Positions 9,405-16,703 of a stretch of 31,552 nt of DNA are shown here, one piece after another (positions within the stretch are counted from its first letter, which is position 1; every line of letters starts with the position of its first letter). The position numbers were made by a program, and so were the translations under genes. The DNA comes from a virus (taxonomy: Duplodnaviria; Caudoviricetes): the IMG/VR virus record IMGVR_UViG_3300017909_003591, positions 1 to 31,552 of that record. One strand, written 5' to 3'. Under the pieces are notes generated by a model that was given only the letters and a program-made list of their open reading frames with translations, was not told where the DNA came from and ran no database searches.

Positions 9405-10921
9405 TGTCTACAAAACTGGGTAACGACTACCTGGAGTACGCCGCTTCAGGTCAAGACCTTATCAAAGAGGTCAAAAAGAAGAAAACGGCCAAAAAGGCCG
9501 AACGTGTTGTACTGTGGAAGTTCATCAAAAAGGTGATGCCGCAGTACAAGTTCTACAAGTTTCACGCAACAGTAATTGAGCAACTCCAAAAAGTCATCGA
9601 TGGCAAATGTAACCGCCTCATCCTCCAGGTCCCACCGCGACATGGAAAATCGCTTCTTGCTTCGCAGCTTCTGCCTGCTGCTTACCTCCTGGCTCATCCT
9701 GAGCGTTACGTCGGTATTTCTTCCTACTCAGCCGAGCTTGCAGAGGGATTCTCAAGGAAGGCTCGGGAGTTCTTCAAAGATGGCGGCGGGCTCCTGAATG
9801 AATCCTCCAAAGCCGTTAACGCATGGGGAACTGAAGGTGGCGGTGGCCTCTGGGCTGCCGGCGTGGGCGGCGCCGTCACTGGCCGCTCTGGCCATCTACT
9901 CATCATTGATGACCCGGTCAAGAACCGAGAAGACGCCGAAAGTGGGCGTATGATGGAAAAGCTTAACGATTGGTACACCTCAACCCTGTACACTCGACTG
10001 GAGCCCCATGTGGGCGCCATTGTCGTCATTCAGACCCGCTGGTCAGAGAATGACATGATTGGGCAGCTTCTTGAAAACGAACACAACGTATCCGAAAAAG
10101 GCCGCGAGAACTGGACTATTGTTGACCTGCCCGCCCTCTACGAGGAAGAGTCCGACAGGCCAATCCTGCCAGCTCACTGTCCAACTGTTCCTGACTGGCG
10201 CTCTGAACTGGGCGAGGCGCTCTGCCCTCAGCGTTACGACCAGGATGCCTTGGAGCGAATCCGTGAGGCCGTTGGGTCTCGTGACTTTGCTTCGCTCTAT
10301 CAGCAGAGGCCAGCTCCCGAAGGTGGTAATATGTTTAGCCCTGACTGGTGGCAGTATTACAGCTGGGACACAGATCTCCCTGACTTCCAGCGAATCATGC
10401 TTAGCGTTGACTGTACCTTCACCGATACTAAAAAGAGCGACTATGTGGTGGGCGCTGTTGTCGGTCAAGCCGGAAACCAGTTTTACGTTCTTGATCTCGT
10501 CAGGGAGAAGCTGGACGTGGTGGGCACTATGGCGATGATGGCCAGGATGTACAATCGTCACGCCCTGTCCGGCACGGTGATCGAACTTGCGGCATCGGGC
10601 TACGCTGTATACCAGATGATGAGCAAGAAAGTGCCTGGCTTGATCGGCTTCAAGCCGGAGAAGTCCAAGGTGTCTCGTGCCTCAGGTATCGTGCCCCTCG
10701 TGGAGGCCGGCAACGTGTACCTGCCTGCCAGCGCCTCGTGGCTGGATGCGTTCTTGAATGAATTCGCCCTGTTTCCTGCTTCTAAAAATGACGACATGGT
10801 CGACGCCTTGACAATGGCCATCAATTACTGCAGCCAGCGCTCCGCTCCATCCATGACTTCCGTCACCTGGGGACGTGGAGATCGAGCCCTGCCCGACGTG
10901 GCTCGATACAGCGCCTGGTAG
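9404..10921 (+). CDS. terL: Terminase large subunit
   Basis: PPRHGKS Walker A, LLIIDDP Walker B, IQTRW, YQQRP, nuclease SVD...SDY and NDDMVDA. Confidence 0.96.
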   Translation: MSTKLGNDYLEYAASGQDLIKEVKKKKTAKKAERVVLWKFIKKVMPQYKFYKFHATVIEQLQKVIDGKCNRLILQVPPRHGKSLLASQLLPAAYLLAHPERYVGISSYSAELAEGFSRKAREFFKDGGGLLNESSKAVNAWGTEGGGGLWAAGVGGAVTGRSGHLLIIDDPVKNREDAESGRMMEKLNDWYTSTLYTRLEPHVGAIVVIQTRWSENDMIGQLLENEHNVSEKGRENWTIVDLPALYEEESDRPILPAHCPTVPDWRSELGEALCPQRYDQDALERIREAVGSRDFASLYQQRPAPEGGNMFSPDWWQYYSWDTDLPDFQRIMLSVDCTFTDTKKSDYVVGAVVGQAGNQFYVLDLVREKLDVVGTMAMMARMYNRHALSGTVIELAASGYAVYQMMSKKVPGLIGFKPEKSKVSRASGIVPLVEAGNVYLPASASWLDAFLNEFALFPASKNDDMVDALTMAINYCSQRSAPSMTSVTWGRGDRALPDVARYSAW

Positions 10922-10965
10922 ACTTTACGGCGACTGGTAGACTGGGCGTAGCATAACGCAATGTA

Positions 10966-11694
10966 GTGGCTCGCAGACCTACTAAGTTCAAGATGAGCCA
11001 GGAGCAACAGAAGCTCGCTGCAGAAAATCTCAACCTCGCACGCCGCGAGGCATGGCGCATTCAGCGCTCTACCGGTATCGACTACCACACCCTGGAATCA
11101 GTGGCTTTCGAGGGACTGTGCAAGGCCGCACACCGCTATGATCCCGATCGCCCTCATCCGGTCACCGGTAAGTCCATGAAGTTCAGCTCCCTAGCTGTAC
11201 CTACTATTCGCGGCGAGCTGCTGCATTGGGTGCGTGACAAGACGTATGCCGTCCGCCTGAGCCATAAGATGCGTGAGCGCTGGGTAAAGGGCCGTAAGCT
11301 GCTGTATAGGGGTTCCACTGACCTGGAAGTGGCCGAGGCTCTGGAAATCACCAAAGAGGAATGGCTGGAAGTCCGCAAGGTGTGCTCCGGCCCGCCGCTG
11401 GAGCTGAAGGAACAGGCCCAGCCCACTGATCCACTAGAGCCCAGCGAGATTGATTTCTCTACCATGTACCTGTCCGCGGCTACCGAAGCTCTCGGATCCA
11501 TTGCTAGCGACGACCTGGCTCAGAGCCTTGAGATCTACTTGAGCGGCAATGGTAACGCAATCCCACGCCGAGGCGTGGACGAGTTCCTGACAGCTGCGGG
11601 TTGCCACGCAACTAACTGGGAAGACAACGACATCGACCTGGTGGATGGCTGGACCGACATTGGCGGTGGCCGGTTACAGGGCTCTCTGTTCTGA
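10966..11694 (+). CDS. Second sigma factor (group 3, SigF/SigB-like)
   Basis: NLNLARREA, GLCKAAHRYDP, FSSLAVPTIRGELLHWVRDK..VRL. Confidence 0.88.
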   Translation: MARRPTKFKMSQEQQKLAAENLNLARREAWRIQRSTGIDYHTLESVAFEGLCKAAHRYDPDRPHPVTGKSMKFSSLAVPTIRGELLHWVRDKTYAVRLSHKMRERWVKGRKLLYRGSTDLEVAEALEITKEEWLEVRKVCSGPPLELKEQAQPTDPLEPSEIDFSTMYLSAATEALGSIASDDLAQSLEIYLSGNGNAIPRRGVDEFLTAAGCHATNWEDNDIDLVDGWTDIGGGRLQGSLF

Positions 11695-11731
11695 CATGGT
11701 AGGATGGGGCTAACTCCCCCACGTACCAAAT

Positions 11732-13348
11732 ATGGCTATTGCACAAGCTTCGATTGACAAGCTCAAGTCCGCACCAGTATCAACCGTCGTTGAGTCACTG
11801 GGCGGAAAGCTCAAGCGCGTTGGGCGCGAGTTTGTCACTCAGTGCATCTGGCACGAAGACACCAACCCGTCACTGACGATCAATGATGACAAGGGTTTCT
11901 GCTTCTGCCACGTCTGCAGGGGTGGTGGCGACGCACTGGCGTACACCATGCAGGCAAAGGGCCTAGGCTTCGCCGATGCCGCGAACCTGGCTGCATCCAT
12001 CCTGGGCATCCAGCTGGAGACTGACGGGATAAGCCCGGAAGAAATGGCTAAGAGGCGCAAGGCTCGCGAAGATGCGCTGGCCAAACTGCAGAGGGAGCAG
12101 GAGCTGTATCGGGGTAACCTGCGCCACGAGAAGGCTGGTCGCATTCGTGACATCCTCAAGGCTCGTGGCCTGACCGCTGCAGCAAGCAAGGAGTTCGGCC
12201 TGGGCTTCGCCGCCACTGGCTACTTTGCTGGTCGCATCACTGTGCCCATCCTCAACCACCGTAACGAGCTGGTGGGTTGGACCGGTCGCGCCACCAAAAG
12301 CAAGGAGGAGCAGCCTGCTAAGTACAAGAACAGCGCTGATGGCGAACTGTTCCACAAAAAGAACCTGGTGTTCAACGAGGCGCGTGCCAAGGATGCCGCC
12401 CGCATGACAGGCTCCCTGATCTTCGTGGAAGGCCATCTGGACGTGGTCTCCCTGTGGCAGCATGGTGTCGCCAACGTGGTGGCCATGCAGGGCACCGGAG
12501 CACCTGATCCGATCATCCTCCAGCGCCTGGCCAAAGCAGCCGACAACTTCGTACTGTGCTTTGACGGGGACGAGGGTGGCAAGAAGGCGATCCAGCAGTT
12601 TATTTCCGCTGCAGGTCCCATGGCTCAGAAGGGTGAGATTCAGATCAACGTGGTCCAGATGCCTAAGGGCAAGGATCCCGACGAGGTTTGCCGTGACTCC
12701 GGAGCAATGGCATTTCACAACCTGGTAGCAGGTGCCATGCCTTGGCTTGACTGGGTGATCGACTACTGGGCTGCGGACCTGGACCTGGATAACTCAGCAC
12801 ACGTCACATCCGTCGAGAACGAATTGCGCAAGGTGATCGACGGCCTGCGTTCCAACGCTGTTCGCGCCCACTACATTGACAAGGTGGCCCGTGCTCTGTC
12901 TCGTGACGACAAGGGCGCCAAGGATGTGGCCAAGACCTGGGGCAATCGCACCATTCAGGTGGAGGAGCGCGAGTGGCAGCCACCCAGCCCGATCAAGACC
13001 CGCATCACAACAGAGCGCCGCATGCTTCGCATCTTTGTGCACCGTCCCGAGCACCGAGCCCAGTTGCAGCCCCTACTGGGCAAAGTTACACATCCGCCCT
13101 TGAGATGGCTTGTGCAGCGCCTTGAGGAGCTGAACCAACACTGCGCCACTGACCTGACTCCACACAGTATCATGGCCGTCGTAGCGGCCGCTGAGCCGTT
13201 CTTCCTGCAGCAGCTGCGCACCATTATCCAGCCGAATGTGCACATTGATGACACTCCCGGGGTTTTGAAGCACTGTGCTGATACACTGTCAAAAGATACA
13301 CTCCCCGAACCCTATGAGTCTGACTCCCATCAGCCACCTGCATGCTGA
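11732..13348 (+). CDS. dnaG: DNA primase
   Basis: CHC2 zinc finger (CIWHEDTNPS...CHVC), KYKNS, TOPRIM VEGHLDV, CFDGD, KDPDE. Confidence 0.95.
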   Translation: MAIAQASIDKLKSAPVSTVVESLGGKLKRVGREFVTQCIWHEDTNPSLTINDDKGFCFCHVCRGGGDALAYTMQAKGLGFADAANLAASILGIQLETDGISPEEMAKRRKAREDALAKLQREQELYRGNLRHEKAGRIRDILKARGLTAAASKEFGLGFAATGYFAGRITVPILNHRNELVGWTGRATKSKEEQPAKYKNSADGELFHKKNLVFNEARAKDAARMTGSLIFVEGHLDVVSLWQHGVANVVAMQGTGAPDPIILQRLAKAADNFVLCFDGDEGGKKAIQQFISAAGPMAQKGEIQINVVQMPKGKDPDEVCRDSGAMAFHNLVAGAMPWLDWVIDYWAADLDLDNSAHVTSVENELRKVIDGLRSNAVRAHYIDKVARALSRDDKGAKDVAKTWGNRTIQVEEREWQPPSPIKTRITTERRMLRIFVHRPEHRAQLQPLLGKVTHPPLRWLVQRLEELNQHCATDLTPHSIMAVVAAAEPFFLQQLRTIIQPNVHIDDTPGVLKHCADTLSKDTLPEPYESDSHQPPAC

Positions 13349-14585
13349 AGTAGTCGAGCTGTACGAAGAGATCGGCAGCTACCTCGGCACTGCAACGGCG
13401 CTCCACGCTAAGTATCCGTACCTGGCCAAGCCCAATCAGCTCCGCAGCTACATCAAGACCGAGGTCAATGGCCAGCAGGTTGACTTCGAGACTGTTGCAG
13501 AGAACGTCCGCCTCGCTAAAGCCAACCAGGCTGCGATGGACCGCAACCGCATCAAGGACAAGGCCTTCCGCGAGCACGCTCGCATCGAAAACGCTGTTCT
13601 TTCTTACAATGAAGCCATTCTCGCAGAGCTGGAGCAGCACGGCGCCTCTCTTGCTGATTGTCCCCGCCGCAGTGGTCCTCTGGATCCCTCTGCAGCTGCT
13701 CTTGTTGTGCACCTCTCCGACAACCACTTCAACGAGCTTGTCAATCTGCCGACCAATCGGTTCGACTTCCAAGTAGCCGCCAAGCGCCTGCAGCTGCTGG
13801 CACAAAAAGCCAAGCTCCTGGGCAAGGCCTACGATGTGGAGAAGGTGGTCGTTTTCTTCGGTGGCGATCTGATGAACAGTGACCGTCGCCTTGACGAGCT
13901 GCTGGCCATGAGCACCAACCGTGCCCGGGCTACCGTCCTCGCCGTCCACCTGTACAAGCAGTTCCTGATGGATTTGCGGGCAGACTTCTTCGTGGACGTG
14001 TTCGGCGTGACCGGCAACGAGTCCCGCGCCAAGGAGAACCTGGGCTGGGTTGACGTGGTGGCCACTGACAGCTACGACTTCACCATCTATGCCATGCTCC
14101 AAGCTGTCTTCGATCAGACTGGCGACAAGGGCCTGCGGTTCCACGACTTCCAGGCCAACGAGGTGGTCTTCAAGATCCACAACGAGACCTTCCTGGGCGT
14201 CCATGGCCACCAGGTTAACGCAACCGATCAGAAAAAGTGTCAAGCCATTATTGGCAAGTACGCTGCCAAGGGTGTTAATGTCACCCATATCCTCTGCGGA
14301 CACATCCATGCGACTGTCATCTCCGATTACGTTTCTCGCAACGCTTCTCTTGTGGGGTCAAACGCCTACTCAGAAGAAGCGCTGGGATTCGTATCTAAGG
14401 CGGCTCAAAATATCCACATCGTCACTCCCCAAGGGTTGGACGGTTTCAAGGCTGACCTTCAGAACGTCGAGGACGTGGATGGGTACGAGATCATCGACAA
14501 GCTTGCAGAGTATAACGCTCGCTCCGCCGACAAGGCCCATGAGGCTATGGTTGAGCCTCAAACGATCATTAAGGTGGTAATCTAA
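13314..14585 (+). CDS. Calcineurin-like metallophosphoesterase
   Basis: LSDNH, GGDL, GNE, HGH, GHIH motifs in order. Confidence 0.8.
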   Translation: MSLTPISHLHAEVVELYEEIGSYLGTATALHAKYPYLAKPNQLRSYIKTEVNGQQVDFETVAENVRLAKANQAAMDRNRIKDKAFREHARIENAVLSYNEAILAELEQHGASLADCPRRSGPLDPSAAALVVHLSDNHFNELVNLPTNRFDFQVAAKRLQLLAQKAKLLGKAYDVEKVVVFFGGDLMNSDRRLDELLAMSTNRARATVLAVHLYKQFLMDLRADFFVDVFGVTGNESRAKENLGWVDVVATDSYDFTIYAMLQAVFDQTGDKGLRFHDFQANEVVFKIHNETFLGVHGHQVNATDQKKCQAIIGKYAAKGVNVTHILCGHIHATVISDYVSRNASLVGSNAYSEEALGFVSKAAQNIHIVTPQGLDGFKADLQNVEDVDGYEIIDKLAEYNARSADKAHEAMVEPQTIIKVVI

Positions 14586-14589
14586 TCCC

Positions 14590-14784
14590 ATGACAGCACT
14601 CATCAACACCCTGCCTAACTGCCCCTGGTGCGTTAAGGCCAAGAAGCTCCTCGATCTGAAGGGCATCAAGTACATAGAACTTGACGGAAAGAGTGACAAA
14701 TGGCCCACCGTCCCCTATATTGAGATTGATGGCCAGGAAGTAGGTGGCTTCACCGAACTGGCCAGGTACCTACGAAGCATCTAG
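14590..14784 (+). CDS. Glutaredoxin
   Basis: CPWC, TVP, VGGF. Confidence 0.93.
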   Translation: MTALINTLPNCPWCVKAKKLLDLKGIKYIELDGKSDKWPTVPYIEIDGQEVGGFTELARYLRSI

Positions 14785-14785
14785 T

Positions 14786-15415
14786 ATGAATCTCCGATCT
14801 ATCTGCCCCTGTCTCGCCCTTGCAGCCTTGCTTGGTGGGCCAGGGGCTTTCTATGTGCCCGCTGCGAGCGCCGCAGAGAGGTTCTGCCCGAACCCCGGGT
14901 ACGTTTCCCCAGAAAAACGCCTTAGGCCGCTCATGGACCTTATAGCGAAGGGAGAGGGGGACTACAACGCGATCAACCGCGGACGAGCTGGCGACACTCC
15001 TGGTGGCATCCAGGGCTTGAAAGGGCAGACCTTCGAGAACTTCACCGTCAAACAGGTAATGGAGATGCAGCGCTGGGAGGTGTATGCCGTCGGCCGTTAC
15101 CAGTTCATCCCGTCCACCCTGCGATTTGCCCTGAGGCACTCCAGCGTGGAAGAGCTGGACATGTTCACGCCGGAGATCCAGGACCGCCTGATGACCGCCC
15201 TGATCTTCTACAAGCGCCCCGCTGTTGGCGCCTTCATTCGTGGGGATCACGAGCTGATCGGCTGGGCTCTTAACGAGCTAGCTAAGGAGTGGGCTTCCAT
15301 TGAATACCGCAATGGCCGCGGCTTTTATGACCACGTCGGCGGCAACCGCGCACACATCTCTCGTGCCGAAATGTCCGCCGTGTTACAAGAAGTTAAGGCT
15401 TCTTGGCAAGCTTAG
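14786..15415 (+). CDS. Lysozyme-fold endolysin / peptidoglycan hydrolase with signal-like N-terminus
   Basis: IAKGEG.YN, AVGRYQFIPSTL, FTPEIQD, LAKEWAS; hydrophobic N-terminus ending in ASA. Confidence 0.8.
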   Translation: MNLRSICPCLALAALLGGPGAFYVPAASAAERFCPNPGYVSPEKRLRPLMDLIAKGEGDYNAINRGRAGDTPGGIQGLKGQTFENFTVKQVMEMQRWEVYAVGRYQFIPSTLRFALRHSSVEELDMFTPEIQDRLMTALIFYKRPAVGAFIRGDHELIGWALNELAKEWASIEYRNGRGFYDHVGGNRAHISRAEMSAVLQEVKASWQA

Positions 15416-15455
15416 TGTAGGTGCTATGGTGACCATGTCCCCCGAAGCCACTCCC

Positions 15456-15611
15456 ATGAAGCTTTATCGAGCCATCTACAAGGAGTCGAACCTGACAGAG
15501 CGCAAGCTCGATCTGTACGCCCGCTCCCTGTCGAGTGCTACACTGTCTGCAATCGAACTGGTTGGTCCCAATGCCACTCTGGTTCGTGTCTACGAAAACC
15601 CTGACTGGTGA
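15456..15611 (+). CDS. Hypothetical protein
   Basis: MKLYRAIY... 51 aa; start uncertain. Confidence 0.55.
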   Translation: MKLYRAIYKESNLTERKLDLYARSLSSATLSAIELVGPNATLVRVYENPDW

Positions 15612-15615
15612 CCTT

Positions 15616-15858
15616 ATGCCCGGATTTTATCTTCTCTGTGGGTTGCTCATAGCAGCCCTCATCATCGATCAGGAGACAACCGTCAGAGTCCTGACCGCAG
15701 TCTCCCTCAAGATCCAGATCTACTGGATCAACCTGCGTCTCAAGTTTATGGCTTGGCGTATGTACCGCCAGATCGTTAAGCTTTCTAAAGAAGCAGGCTT
15801 TCCGCACCCCGGTCCCTTCAAGTTTGTGGATCTGTGGGACCGCGACCCGCTAAACTGA
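15616..15858 (+). CDS. Small membrane protein
   Basis: N-terminal hydrophobic helix; close to the lysozyme gene. Confidence 0.6.
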   Translation: MPGFYLLCGLLIAALIIDQETTVRVLTAVSLKIQIYWINLRLKFMAWRMYRQIVKLSKEAGFPHPGPFKFVDLWDRDPLN

Positions 15859-15882
15859 CAACACACTCACCCGGAGTAACCC

Positions 15883-16014
15883 ATGGCAATGTACGGCAAG
15901 ACCGTAACCTTCAAGGAAGGTCCCAAGAAGCGGACCAGCCAAGGCGATGGCCTTCGCAAGCGCGGCTCCTTCAAAAAGAAAGGCCAAAAACCGTATCGCG
16001 GCCAGGGCAAATGA
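15883..16014 (+). CDS. Small basic protein (YRGQGK end; cyanophage-type)
   Basis: Hand-translated MAMYGKTVTFKEGPKKRTSQGDGLRKRGSFKKKGQKPYRGQGK; GGAG RBS; below the ORF track cutoff. Confidence 0.7.
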   Translation: MAMYGKTVTFKEGPKKRTSQGDGLRKRGSFKKKGQKPYRGQGK

Positions 16015-16058
16015 TCCCTGGCTTCTGCCTCACCCGACTCAACCAACGCTACAACACT

Positions 16059-16244
16059 ATGACCTGTAAAGCACCCTGCAGAAACTGCACCTGCGACACT
16101 GTCTACAACTCCGACTACATCGAAGCTGATGCGTCGCCCCTGACCACCCAGCAGCGCAAGTGGCTCGATTCCGCCTCCAGTTACTTCGATCGCGTCTGCA
16201 CCATCAACCCTTCGGCACCCGAGTGTCGTATCTACGAGGACTGA
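16059..16244 (+). CDS. cp12: CP12-like Calvin-cycle regulator
   Basis: C-terminus C-TINPSAPE-C-RIYED matches the CP12 C-x8-C-xIYED tail. Confidence 0.8.
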   Translation: MTCKAPCRNCTCDTVYNSDYIEADASPLTTQQRKWLDSASSYFDRVCTINPSAPECRIYED

Positions 16245-16248
16245 TCAA

Positions 16249-16479
16249 ATGTTCGCATTCTTTCGCAACCTGTTCCGCAAGGAAGTCAAGCCGACCCGTG
16301 TCTTTCGGGTTCTGGCCCGTCGCCGCCAGGTCCCACCCAGTAGCGAGCGCGTCTTCCGTGAGCTGTATGTTAAAGCCGACAACGCTTACGAGGCAGCCCG
16401 CGTGTTCGACCAGTCCTATGCTGGCTGGCAGCGCCTTAGTGTCACCCTTCGCCCGGATTACTATCATGAGAGCATTTGA
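16249..16479 (+). CDS. Hypothetical protein
   Basis: 76-aa ORF in operon context. Confidence 0.65.
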   Translation: MFAFFRNLFRKEVKPTRVFRVLARRRQVPPSSERVFRELYVKADNAYEAARVFDQSYAGWQRLSVTLRPDYYHESI

Positions 16480-16615
16480 CGTCACCTTCAAGCGCATGTC
16501 TGAGACCGCTCCTCAGCATGTCCTGCAGTTATGTGAGACCATGGAGCGAGCCATCGAGGTAACCAAGGAACAGTACCCTGGATGCCTTGTGATCAACGCA
16601 CTACTGGTTCCCTGA
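16466..16615 (+). CDS. Hypothetical protein
   Basis: MRAFDVTF... overlaps the previous stop. Confidence 0.55.
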   Translation: MRAFDVTFKRMSETAPQHVLQLCETMERAIEVTKEQYPGCLVINALLVP

Positions 16616-16638
16616 ATCGGTTACAAATCTGTTACACG

Positions 16639-16659
16639 GGGGGCGCGAGCCCCCTTTTT
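16639..16659 (+). terminator. Intrinsic terminator
   Basis: GGGGGC-GCGA-GCCCCC-TTTTT (GNRA loop). Confidence 0.8.
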
Positions 16660-16703
16660 CATGTACCATGAATAGGCAGCCTTTCCCTACGCGCTCAAGC
16701 TCT

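Noticed and set aside
15883-16014. YRG-containing peptide as a second DUF4278
   Set aside because: It has a single terminal YRGQGK rather than YRGVxY, and no riboswitch upstream.
16620-16638. GTTACAAA-TCT-GTTACACG as an RpaB/HLR1 site
   Set aside because: The period is 11 rather than 10, the second half is imperfect, and it lies upstream of a terminator.
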